The notes under the pieces: generated by a model
What the model was told of the DNA's origin: nothing
Databases searched by the model: none
The model's input: the letters and a program-made list of their open reading frames with translations, nothing else
Shown here: piece after piece, positions 30,501-37,505 of the stretch
How the letters are laid out: every line of letters starts with the position of its first letter
Numbering within the stretch: position 1 is the first letter of the stretch
From: Bacillota bacterium
GTDB lineage: Bacteria > Bacillota > Clostridia > Christensenellales > SZUA-584
Assembly (NCBI GenBank): GCA_023412005.1
Contig: JAEYOE010000033.1
Span: 23,344 to 87,343 of the forward strand
Length of the DNA stretch: 64,000 bases
Direction: 5' to 3'
Position numbers and translations under genes: made by a program

Positions 30501-33500
30501 AAAATGCACCCACATTGAGCCGTGCACATCGTCTTCCGGGGTAACGGTTAACAGCTTGCGGTCAGACAAGCTGGACAGCTTAATGCCCTCTGTTTTCAGC
30601 ATGTTTGTCGTTTCTGATGTAATCGTAATGATCAGCTTGCTGGTGTCTGTCGTTTCCGGGTCGCTGACAACAAAGCTGAACGATTCGCTTTTGTCCTCGT
30701 CCATAACCCAAGCGATATCCGGGTATTTGCTGATGGCCGGCGGGTCATTCTCGGGGCTGATCTCCACCGTTACCGTTGCGGTATCGGTGCCGCCGTGGCC
30801 GTCACCGACAGTGTATGTGAATGTATCTGTGCCGTAGAAGTTTAGCGCAGGCGTGTAATCCACACTCTTTTTGTCGCCGCTGATGACAGCCGTTGCCCCT
30901 TCCGAGGACGCAGTGCTTAAAACGATCAGTGCGTCGCCGTCAATATCGCTGTCGTTGGTCAGTACTGTCACGTTAACCGTTGTATCTTCTGTGGTTGCTG
31001 CCGTGTCGTTTCTCGCCAGCGGTTCGTCGTTGGCCGCAATTACAGTGACCGTGACGGTACCGGTGGCTGTCGCACCGTTTTTGTCCATGACGGTATATGT
31101 GAATGTATCCTCACCGTTAAAGTCACCCTGAACGCTGTACTCCAGTGTGCCGTTATGTTTGTTCTGCACCCGGCCCGTTGCAGGAACCGATACAGATGAA
31201 ATCGTCGGCACATGGTCTTCCACGTCGCTGATGCTGCCAGACAGGTCGACCAGCACGCTCGTTGTGCCCGGCGTGCCAGTCACGCCAGAATTCTCCGTGA
31301 CCTCCACCGATTTATCATTGGCAACCGGCGCATCGTTCACCGGCACCACCAAAAGCCGGAACTCCGCTTCGGCCGTCTGCTTATCGTCGCCGTCTCTGCC
31401 ATCCACAGCCGCGATGTTAATATATGTGATACCGGATTCATTGGAGACAGGATTGAGCGAAATCTCCATTTTATATTCGCCCGTTTCAGCATTTTTCTCC
31501 ACGCATTGCAGCGATATGCCACTGCTCTGCACCACGCCCGTGTTGCTCGAGATGATGGTGTAAAGCACGGTATCGCTCATGTCATCATCCAAATTGGTCA
31601 CGGTGTAAGGCACCTTTATCAGCGTGTCTTCGTTCGTGGTATTGTAGTAAGCAAGGCCCGAAATGCTCAAGGGATCGTTCACCGGCAGCACTTTAAACGT
31701 GATGGTCTGCGAGCTGCTGAGAGCCGCTTCCGTTACATCTGTTACCGTGTAACTCACTGTATCTGTACCGTTCCAGTTCGGGTCGGGCGTGTACGTGACG
31801 ATGCCGGTCGCTTCATCAAAAGCCGCTTCACCGTGGGCTGGCTGGGTCATCTCCACCGTCAGCGCCGTGCCGCCGTCCACGTCCGTGTTCGGTGTAATCA
31901 CCGCAACGGCTGCCGACGTGTCTTCATAGAGCGTTCGCGTGATCTCTTCGAGCACCGGCGCGTCGTCCAGCGCATTCACCGTCACATAGATCACATGAAA
32001 ATCCTGCGTTATTCCGTCGCTGACACCAAGCAGCAGCTTGACCGTACCGTTGGCGTTGGCATACAGCGGTTCGGCTGTTACCCTCGCGCTGCCCAGCCCC
32101 GTTGATATTGCGGTAACTTTGAGATCGAGCGCAACCGGTGCGGCTGTAATTGGATCATACGTATAGGTATAAAACTTGAGAACATCTTCTGTATCCGCAT
32201 CGCTGAACGTCACATCGAACGTGACGCCCTCCGAATCCTCATCGAACGTTTCCGCTGTGTTGACATCGTTTGTGATGGCCGCTCCGTGTACCGTTTCGAT
32301 AACGGGCGGATCGTTAACGGCATGAACCGACATGATGATATTTGCCGAAGCTTTTTCAACACCGTTTTTACCGTCGGAATCGCCGTCTGTCCCGTCTTTC
32401 TGCTCTGTCACCGTATACTTAATGGGCACTTCCTCACCGTTCATATTGGGCGCAGGTGTAAACACCCAGTTTGGCCCGCTGCCCGTGAAAGTACCGAGAG
32501 TCGTTGGCGCGATTGTCACCGATACCGGAACACCGTTGGGATTGCTGTATGGTAATGTTATATTGACACTGGCTCCGTCTTCTGTGGTTTCCTTATATAT
32601 GTCATGGCAGTATACCGTACTCTGAAATTCGATGCCGATATAAACGGTGGCCGTATCCGTTCCGCCGTTACCGTCGGATACCGTATACGTAAAGCTGTCG
32701 GCTCCGTTTGCTTCAAGAGATGTCCCTGAGCGCGTGTAGCGAATCTTGTTGCTTTCTATGCTCACGGTACCGTGACTCGGATCCGTCTTGCTTATGACTG
32801 TCAGCACATCATTTTCAACGTCATTATCGTTACCGAGAACATTGATCAACGCCGTTTCCTCTCCGGTGTTGTTCGGCAATTCGCAATAATCCGTCCAGGC
32901 CACGGGCGCATCGTTCACAGAATTCACAATAATGGTCAGTTGGGCTGTCGCGGTGTCCTTGCCGTCTGTTACCGTATACGTCAGGTTCTCGGTGCCAAAC
33001 CGATTCCGGTATGGCGTGTATGAATACGTGTCACCCGTTTTTTTAATTTGGCCGAATACCGGCGTGCTGACGGTGCTGACCCAAATGGTATCACTCTCAA
33101 CATCCGAATCGTTTGAGAGCAAATTAAGATCGGTAATGGAGGTATCTTCATCCACCGTGAACGTATCATCAACAGCTTTAGGCGCGTCGTTAACCGACAT
33201 GACGGTGAGTGTGAAGCTGCGCGTCTCATATAAGCCGGTATCGTCTTCGGCCCTGATTGTTATTATTGCCTCACCATACTTATCATCTGATGGCACCAGC
33301 ACCAGCGAGTATGTGCCGTCTTCATGATCCGTCAGCTTAATATGGTCGCTGTCATTATCAAGCAGCGTGGTGTTGTTAGACGTTGCTGTTACCGTTAGGG
33401 TGTTCTCCGTGTCCTGATCCGTCACGGAAAAATTGATGGTTCCCGACGGGTTGTCTTCATATATATAGAGATTGGCAATTGCGCTGATGACAGGCGGATA

Positions 33501-36500
33501 CTTTGCGTCTTCAATGTGCATGGTGACCGTGCCCGTATCGGAAAGCTTGCCGTCCGACACAACATAGTCAAAATACTTGGTGCCTGTTTCTCCGTTCGCC
33601 GCAGTGTATGTGAAGTAATGCCCGTTATAAACAAGCGTACCCGCATAATTGCCGGTGATGCCCGTCATACCGGTGGTCAGTATGTCGCCGTCCACATCGA
33701 TGTCGTTCGCCAGTACATCAATTCTCTGCGTACCCGATACCGGCACATACGCGGTGTCATCCACAGCCACCGGTTTATCGTTCACTTCGTTGATCGTGAA
33801 CACAAACGACTTATCCGTAAGCTCCATACCGTCACTGACCGATACATGAATGGCAACAATGCCGTTCGCGTCGGCTTCCGGAGTAATCAACAGAGCGTAA
33901 TAGCTCTCTTTCTCCACGATATCGATACCCGATGTCTTTACCTTTGTCAGATCGGCGCTCCACGCGGAAATGACCAGATCTTCCGTCGGCGTTAAATCAT
34001 CCGAAACAGTAAACTTGATTTCTCCGCTCGGCGTATCTTCATCGGTTGTCGCCGCGGATGTATCAGTAAACGTCAGTGTCGGTGCTTTGTTCAGCGCGTT
34101 CATAATGATGTTGCAGGTTCCTGCCACGCGGTCTGTGCCGTCTGTCACGTAATAGGTGAAGCTTGTGTTTTCTATCACAGAGCCCGGTGTAAAGCGCAGC
34201 GTTGTGGCATCGACTATCTCAACCGTGCCGTGATCAGCCTCCGGCTGCTCGATGCCGTCAAACGTCGGCTTGCCGTTTTCAATATCCGAGTCGTTGTCCA
34301 GCAGGTGGGCAATGCTGATGCTCAGCTCGTTGTAGCGTTCGTCGAAGTAAACCGTATCCTGACCGGCAATCGGCAGATCGTTCACGCCTGTCACATAGAG
34401 CGTAAACGTTTTTGTTTCCGTGTTAAAGCCGTCACCAAGCGACAGCGTCACGTTGGTCTGACCGAATTTGTTGGCCTTGGGCGTTATGCTGATTTTTACC
34501 GCCGGGTTATTATCTCCAAGCCCGGTGATCACAATATCCTTGGAAGCCAGCAGTGCCTCGTTTGAAGACACCGCCTGCAGCATCAGGCTGTCCGGCGGCG
34601 TTTCGTTAGCCACGTCATAAATCTCAAATGGAATCTCAAAGTTTTTATCGTCTTCGTTGATCGTATAGTCAGCCGCCACGTTCTTGAACCACGGCGGGTC
34701 AATCACAGGTTTAATCGTCACTGTGACTGTGCCGGTGCTGGTGCGACCGCTGCTGTCCTGCATCGTGTACTGAAACGTATCCTGTCCGTAGGCGTTTTCA
34801 TTCGGTGTGTAGGTCACTGTGCCGTGCTCAGCATCAACCTCAGTTGTCCCCTTGGCGCCGTTGGTGGCCGATACGAGCGTTTGGGTATCCCCCGTGTCCG
34901 GGTCGGTATCGTTAGCCAGCACATTAATCACAACGGCAGTGTCCTCGTTGGTCGATGCCGTGTCCGCAACGGCCACGGGGTCGTCGTTCACGGGTGTAAC
35001 GGTCACTAATACCTTGGCCGTATCCGTGCCGCCATGGCCGTCGGATACCGTGTAGGTGAAGCTGTCGTCGCCGCTGTAATTGGCTGCCGGAACATATTTG
35101 ATCGTGTCTGCCACAACGGTGGTTGAGCCGTGAGCCGGTGTGCCGGGGCTGAGTATTGAAAGAGCATCCATATCCACATCGCTGTCGTTTTCGAGCACAC
35201 TGATGCGAATGCTGCCGTCTTCCACCACCGTGTATGCCGGATAATTTTCTTCGTCGCTTTCATCCGGATCATCCGCCGCCACCGGCGCGTCGTTGACAGC
35301 GTTAACCGTCACATTGAATGTGTCCACAACCGTACCGCCGTTTAAGTCTTTCACCGTCACCGTGATGGTCACCGGTGTCTCGGAATACAAATTGGCTGCC
35401 GGTGTTATCGACAGCGATGTTTCTGTGCTGCTCTGATTCACGGTCACTTGCGGAATCAATGTGGTGTCAGACGACTGAGTCGTCACAACCAGTTTATCTG
35501 TCGGCGTCTCCTGATCGCTGACATTCAGCGTCACCGTTTTTGTGGTATCTTCATTCATTGTGAAGCTGACGATATCAACAAGCGACGGCGCCGTATTCAG
35601 ATCGCACTCCCTCACCGCCGTGTTGCCCGCGTTATCGCTCGCATACACCGTGTAAGTGCCGCCGACCGAAACCTCGAATTTGCCGCCGGTAAATGTTGTG
35701 CCATTATCCGCGAAATACGCCGCGTCATGGCTGCCCACCGCGTATTTGGTCACAGCGATTCCGCTTAAGCCTTCATCGTTAATAGCAGCCGTCACCGCAC
35801 ATTTGCCGCTGGAAACAACACTGCTGATTTCATTGATTGAAGGCGACAGTTTGTCGATGGATATGGAGTCCGTGTAGGCGGAAGATATATTGCCGGCCCG
35901 GTCAGCCACAGCCACGTTCAAATCATATTGTCCGCTCTCTGATACAGTCAGGCCTTCAGCAGGAGCCTCCTGCCAGCTGTCTTCATTGTGCAGCTTATAG
36001 GCATAGTATTCGGGTGCGCCGGTGCTCGCCCCCAAAGCGGGCAAATTCACCGTCACGTCTGTGTTTGTCCAGTCGTCATGCGACAGCGTAATGCCGCTGG
36101 GTGCCGACGGCGTATGTGTATCAATGTTCGTGATGTTAATCGTCTGATGTTCGGATTCATGGCCCGCGTAGTCTTTCGCGTAAACCTCCATCGAGGTGTT
36201 CGCCTCCACATCCAATACCTTGAGAGACGACGTGAATTTTTCACCGTTGATGTAAATGCCTTCAAGGCCGCTGTCATCATCCGAGGCAGATACGCTCACC
36301 CGAAGCGGCAGCACATTCGTCCAGTCAGTGGCGTAATCAACATTGCATGCAGGCGCATGCGAATCGTTTATTTTGAGGCTGATGTTACTGAAGGAAGCTG
36401 TGTCGGTGCCGTTTGGATTATTGTTGACCAAGCGGATAATCAGCGAGCGCGTGCCGACAGGAATGGAGACAGTTTTGGAAATCTTCTCCGTGGGATTGTT

Positions 36501-36941
36501 TAAATCGGATTTTCTGATTTCTGTTCTGCTGATCATGCTGTCGTAATCAGCCGTGCAGAATTCTATGACGGCGTACGGCTCGTCAGCGGTGTCGGTAACG
36601 GCGGTATCCGCTGAGAAGCTGATCTCGAGCGTTCCCAAATCAACCGATGTGGAAATATCGTGCCCCGCTTCATTCAGCGCAACAAAGCCCATTGCCACGC
36701 CTTCCGCGGAGGTACCCATTTTTAGTGTTGACCCCTCCCAGGAAAGCCCGGAGGAAATTGCAAATGTGCCACCCTCTCCCGTGACAACGTTTTCATTATT
36801 GTAGCCTCTAAAATAGTAAGGACTCGCGCCGTAGGCCACGTCGTTAAGCCCCACCAGCTGAACGACCATGGCCATGCTTAAAGCGACAGCGATAATCCGT
36901 ATGATGCTTTGTCCTATTTTCGATTTCATGAATGCTTTCAC
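21573..36941 (-). CDS. Giant (5,122-aa) C-terminally membrane-anchored surface protein with ~40 tandem cadherin-like/'tandem-95'-type repeats
   Basis: Uninterrupted 15.4-kb ORF. The N-terminal signal peptide is MKAFMKSKIGQSIIRIIAVALSMAMVVQLVGLNDVAYG. Ig-like modules sit at both ends and the ~100-aa units are joined by V-N-D-x-P linkers. An FN3-like module is present. The TM helix YAYAGGGTALGLLLIFLLLLW is followed by a 94-aa basic tail. Confidence 0.95.
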   Translation of the reverse strand: MKAFMKSKIGQSIIRIIAVALSMAMVVQLVGLNDVAYGASPYYFRGYNNENVVTGEGGTFAISSGLSWEGSTLKMGTSAEGVAMGFVALNEAGHDISTSVDLGTLEISFSADTAVTDTADEPYAVIEFCTADYDSMISRTEIRKSDLNNPTEKISKTVSIPVGTRSLIIRLVNNNPNGTDTASFSNISLKINDSHAPACNVDYATDWTNVLPLRVSVSASDDDSGLEGIYINGEKFTSSLKVLDVEANTSMEVYAKDYAGHESEHQTINITNIDTHTPSAPSGITLSHDDWTNTDVTVNLPALGASTGAPEYYAYKLHNEDSWQEAPAEGLTVSESGQYDLNVAVADRAGNISSAYTDSISIDKLSPSINEISSVVSSGKCAVTAAINDEGLSGIAVTKYAVGSHDAAYFADNGTTFTGGKFEVSVGGTYTVYASDNAGNTAVRECDLNTAPSLVDIVSFTMNEDTTKTVTLNVSDQETPTDKLVVTTQSSDTTLIPQVTVNQSSTETSLSITPAANLYSETPVTITVTVKDLNGGTVVDTFNVTVNAVNDAPVAADDPDESDEENYPAYTVVEDGSIRISVLENDSDVDMDALSILSPGTPAHGSTTVVADTIKYVPAANYSGDDSFTYTVSDGHGGTDTAKVLVTVTPVNDDPVAVADTASTNEDTAVVINVLANDTDPDTGDTQTLVSATNGAKGTTEVDAEHGTVTYTPNENAYGQDTFQYTMQDSSGRTSTGTVTVTIKPVIDPPWFKNVAADYTINEDDKNFEIPFEIYDVANETPPDSLMLQAVSSNEALLASKDIVITGLGDNNPAVKISITPKANKFGQTNVTLSLGDGFNTETKTFTLYVTGVNDLPIAGQDTVYFDERYNELSISIAHLLDNDSDIENGKPTFDGIEQPEADHGTVEIVDATTLRFTPGSVIENTSFTYYVTDGTDRVAGTCNIIMNALNKAPTLTFTDTSAATTDEDTPSGEIKFTVSDDLTPTEDLVISAWSADLTKVKTSGIDIVEKESYYALLITPEADANGIVAIHVSVSDGMELTDKSFVFTINEVNDKPVAVDDTAYVPVSGTQRIDVLANDIDVDGDILTTGMTGITGNYAGTLVYNGHYFTYTAANGETGTKYFDYVVSDGKLSDTGTVTMHIEDAKYPPVISAIANLYIYEDNPSGTINFSVTDQDTENTLTVTATSNNTTLLDNDSDHIKLTDHEDGTYSLVLVPSDDKYGEAIITIRAEDDTGLYETRSFTLTVMSVNDAPKAVDDTFTVDEDTSITDLNLLSNDSDVESDTIWVSTVSTPVFGQIKKTGDTYSYTPYRNRFGTENLTYTVTDGKDTATAQLTIIVNSVNDAPVAWTDYCELPNNTGEETALINVLGNDNDVENDVLTVISKTDPSHGTVSIESNKIRYTRSGTSLEANGADSFTYTVSDGNGGTDTATVYIGIEFQSTVYCHDIYKETTEDGASVNITLPYSNPNGVPVSVTIAPTTLGTFTGSGPNWVFTPAPNMNGEEVPIKYTVTEQKDGTDGDSDGKNGVEKASANIIMSVHAVNDPPVIETVHGAAITNDVNTAETFDEDSEGVTFDVTFSDADTEDVLKFYTYTYDPITAAPVALDLKVTAISTGLGSARVTAEPLYANANGTVKLLLGVSDGITQDFHVIYVTVNALDDAPVLEEITRTLYEDTSAAVAVITPNTDVDGGTALTVEMTQPAHGEAAFDEATGIVTYTPDPNWNGTDTVSYTVTDVTEAALSSSQTITFKVLPVNDPLSISGLAYYNTTNEDTLIKVPYTVTNLDDDMSDTVLYTIISSNTGVVQSSGISLQCVEKNAETGEYKMEISLNPVSNESGITYINIAAVDGRDGDDKQTAEAEFRLLVVPVNDAPVANDKSVEVTENSGVTGTPGTTSVLVDLSGSISDVEDHVPTISSVSVPATGRVQNKHNGTLEYSVQGDFNGEDTFTYTVMDKNGATATGTVTVTVIAANDEPLARNDTAATTEDTTVNVTVLTNDSDIDGDALIVLSTASSEGATAVISGDKKSVDYTPALNFYGTDTFTYTVGDGHGGTDTATVTVEISPENDPPAISKYPDIAWVMDEDKSESFSFVVSDPETTDTSKLIITITSETTNMLKTEGIKLSSLSDRKLLTVTPEDDVHGSMWVHFDVTDGDKHATADYEITVNAVNDAPVMAPKAVTTNEDMAVSSSVTATDIDSSTLTFSKSTDPAHGTVSVSPDGSFTYTPSADYTGTDSFNIQVSDGELVNGTSTGTVTVTVLPVNDNPTAVDDSATIAEDGETDIDVLANDIELDIMDGDMLTITSFSGVSHGTLSRVKETGQPDKIKYKPDANWNGTDSFTYWIKDSEDKTSAATVTVTVTPVNDAPSGGNDTVSTDEDTALEILVTANDDIDESTNPDDEDVTVVPDSVSDPGNGTATLKADNKTIIYTPDANYFGSDLFTYTAVDKSLETAVFTVNVTVKPVNDTPTITNLDDIEINEDGATGTLTVTVSDVDYPDSNLAVTVTRGNTALLPAVAVNNNNNATPGGEDGVRTFTLEPYDNKFGTSLITVTVSDGTLTASDTFTLTVKPVNDVPVAVNDSATVKETDEYVLIDVLANDDVDLQNEGDASLHIENVSALSPNRGTVEVVTDAGRNKIKYTPDSNMPEKTDIKVTFTYKAVDSEGSSTATVTVTVTPDNDAPTMTAISNLEIDEDHDTGEIAFTVSDEEDSKDGLDVNFSCSNPELFPNERIVITNPLTGNGARTVKATPVLNGYGEADITLTVTDSGSPVKTATRTFHITVNSVNDEPVADGDDTFTVSEDVPTQLNVLDNDDVDFKSDPSKDSVILIKTNPVHGTATIAADGKSINYVTGQDRTDTDTFEYTMQDNNTNETFSYKVTVNVTPVNDAPVIHLVDDSNADPLDDATMPVYTVNETESKTGIQFTISDVDTDEGSLTLTKKGSNPVLVLPTGMVLGGTGANRTIDVLPNGAWNGSTFITLTVSDGALASSTKFKFVVNSVNEAPTAVADAFDVNEDATTKLTVLTNDKDPDLLTGSDELFVVSATCSNENLIVSVTDDKKGINVTPKPNFNGGPIIFDYTIKDIAGVTSSSTVTVTVKQVNDAPVANNDTGINTDEEQWIEIDALANDTDVDTNAALNANPTAEKLKITAVATPTNGTAAIQSDGSGYTTIRYTPKTDFNGTETFSYTIKDVTGVSSTAQITVSVAQVNDNPVAVTDNVSTDEDTPLVIDPLANDTDVDTQSGLNASPNSKTTFTISAATVAHTEYGSVAITDGGKTLTYTPAANNHDNNQINYTVLDGHGGSGSGVVNVTVNSVNDLPVISVPADMELTEDGDNGESEFAVSDVETSAASLTVQVISTSNGTLASTSDVTFSGSGGSRSVIVNPKNNQNDTAGTTVRLRVTDSDGGTADCEFVVTVSPVNDAPTASGAEKTIDEDTKNFAIDWTALTADVDIATNGDALSISNVSAPSHGTATLSGNNLLYTPTANFNGDDSFTYTVKDMFNATATATITMHISQVNDKPVVTGEDVTMNEDGSLTLTVLSNDEDVDKDPDLNKHPEDESLSISSVVNHAGAKGTAIIVGNDIQFNPDPDFNGSVSFDYYVSDGEAAPVKGTVNVTIDQVNDEPIAYADTAIVNESAVVDIDVLLNDTDVDTDAALNAVPHSKASFAISTDEGDVHFIGETHGTVSVVDNKLHYTAPSENWYGDVVISYTMNDGYGLEATSTVTITVSAVNDPPVFDTDPQDLTIAEDGSNSFTFAVSDEETAAENLNVQVASTEDASLVGTSDVSITKGSGGERTVTVKPKDHQHGGPIAIRLVVEDADHATNVTPFEFDVTVTSVNDKPIADDTTVTTNEQTPVLIDVSSLISDADLATDPGETLTVTVANDDKPAVGTVSVAGKQMAYTPATDWNGVVTFKYTVTDAIGDFDKGEITVTVDQVNDAPVASDDLDIAVTEDTPTQIDVLFNDNDVDRDSTLNATPVTEVLSVSLSGGGLLAPAHGTLSIEDNKILYTPNNNFNGPDAFEYYVSDGVLTDKGKVTVNVSQVNDNPVAKPDSTLTAEDTIVSFDVLANDTDVDTDADNNLADLHYRSTFAVQSYAFYGTGYGTLSESGGVITYDPDAGFAGAVYIDYTMTDGHGGSASSTLTIVVDSENDAPKAVDDVVETNEETPITFNVLGNDTDQDIGDVLELDGLLGDVGAMHGTISTDKDGDVTYTPDANYHGTVSIDYTVSDIADTTDTGTITITVKPVNDAPTAADTTASTNEDTAVDVPVGSLIHDVDGDSLTVTVETTGRPAHGTVSVNGTDIRYTPNKDWNGTDSFTYTVKDPSNASDTGVVTVTVAQVNDAPDAVDDSAQTNEDQPVWISALLNDTDQDTKTELNAHPEDETLTLSLGDTGLKLPAHGTAELDGNQVKYTPTANFNGTDSFEYKLSDGDTADKALVTVTIRQVNDAPIANDDTAVTNDEDMVVINVLANDTDVDTQGGLNSGQIYSTNDFKVTSVGAPSHGKAEMKDNKVAYTPADQFAGDDSFTYLMSDGHGGTDSATVTVAVNSVNDPPAVPVVHTPVQGSRYGGESTVNVTWTGYDIDGDPLTYTLEYFDGATWNVIETGLDETAYDFKLPFGLTSITNLQFRVNASDDEFTSGYGYSGKLVVDKNVPVNIVVKMTKADGKPYTAGTWTNQSVTVTAVSVEDAPTVSFKYATEDKLFAAESGKTVVSGVHSVFIQAADEFGNVGEFGGYLIKIDKMAPVMPKTEVTVSGNKAQLKFTLAADPGGSGNSHLIMPDGTQKKASSDLTWTADKNDVYAMTIVDNVGNSTKFNVTVDSLDETPPAIECSTGSYVIGETTLTDIKASLKFTDDMSEIVGKGYALTESKTFSGAYQSYKSDILISKPGTYYIHAYAKNAFGLTANKTFGPFKIAEKETGAPGPEEETFAAPTQTPEPVSGDVSVSATDVVKDAVKIRLPDGEWQDSLVLEDIKPGTYLIEVMDGNGNVRLVEVTITDEDIAFGQRLPRPELPWYAYAGGGTALGLLLIFLLLLWRNVKIEALVSQSSGRARKAVVIRRLRRSRDVLTIALKRADIKDSTDGRITLSDGLTRRMRRKKLTVTLDGKEVFSAVIPDDARDSFTAAIESWE
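23303..35297 (-). repeat. Coding tandem-repeat array (~40 units of ~95-115 aa) inside the giant gene
   Basis: I counted by eye 36 V-N-D-[ADKLPENTV]-P boundaries plus 4 degenerate ones (VIDPP, LNKAP, DAKYPP, EFQS). The first is at ~35289-35297 and the last at ~23303-23311. The plus strand shows the recurring reverse-complement GCRTCGTTCAC. Confidence 0.9.
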
Positions 36942-37141
36942 AGTTGCTCCCCCAAATTAACGCATGTTCCGGTAATTTTCAGTTAATATCAGAATAATAT
37001 TGTCGTATTTTGTCACTAATACAGATATATATAGACGGATATACGCAAACCGAATCAATTGGCATTCCGTGTTCTAAAAATTATTTTTAAATCATCCAAT
37101 ATGTTTTTATATTCAGCTTCGCGAATTTTTTCCATAACGTG

Positions 37142-37170
37142 TTGACATTCCGCCACATGTTGCATATAAT
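37142..37170 (+). promoter_or_regulatory. Sigma-A-type promoter of the trp operon leader
   Basis: TTGACA (37142-37147), 17-nt spacer, TATAAT (37165-37170). Confidence 0.75.
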
Positions 37171-37171
37171 A

Positions 37172-37456
37172 ACAAACAACAGTAAACCTTTGAGCAAGAA
37201 AAGTAAGAAAACTCGGGTGTACACAGAGAGCCGCCGGTGGTGTGAGTGCGGCAGCACAGAATTTTCCGAATGGCCTTGCGAGGGCAGCTTGAAACCGCTT
37301 AATGCGCGAGTAGACGCTGACGGGAGTCCCCTTCCGTTACCATAGGGGTGCATATGATGGTATGCAAAGAGGCGGATGATTCAATTCATCAATTTGGGTG
37401 GTACCGCAGAAGCTTACGGCTTTTGTCCCTTACAGGGGGCAAAGGCTTTTTTTGTT
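37172..37456 (+). promoter_or_regulatory. T-box riboswitch leader (tRNA-Trp-responsive candidate)
   Basis: Conserved T-box sequence AATTTGGGTGGTACCGCA at 37391-37408. AGAGAG and GGTGGTGTGAG stem-I elements lie at about 37225-37250, and GAA-TGG (37268-37273) is the candidate specifier. The terminator stem ~37418-37446 is followed by TTTTTTT, and trpE lies directly downstream. Confidence 0.85.
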
Positions 37457-37505
37457 TCCAAAAACCCTTGATCTATTCGGAAAGGAGCGTTTCATCTCCA
37501 TCAGG

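Noticed and set aside
23303-35297. The regular ~300-bp periodicity with a recurring GCRTCGTTCAC motif could be mistaken for a CRISPR-like or satellite array.
   Set aside because: The period is a protein-domain repeat inside one continuous ORF. The 'repeats' are only ~11-18 nt identical, the intervening DNA is homologous rather than unique as spacers would be, and no cas genes are present.
21825-36804. Dozens of 60-306-aa plus-strand ORFs inside the giant gene (for example 24078..24998, 27057..27896, 31212..32105, 30018..30335).
   Set aside because: All are antisense shadows of a GC-biased repetitive coding sequence. Their translations are Arg/His/Cys/Val-rich low-complexity strings and lack RBSs. 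The minus-strand frame is open for 15.4 kb with coherent domain structure.
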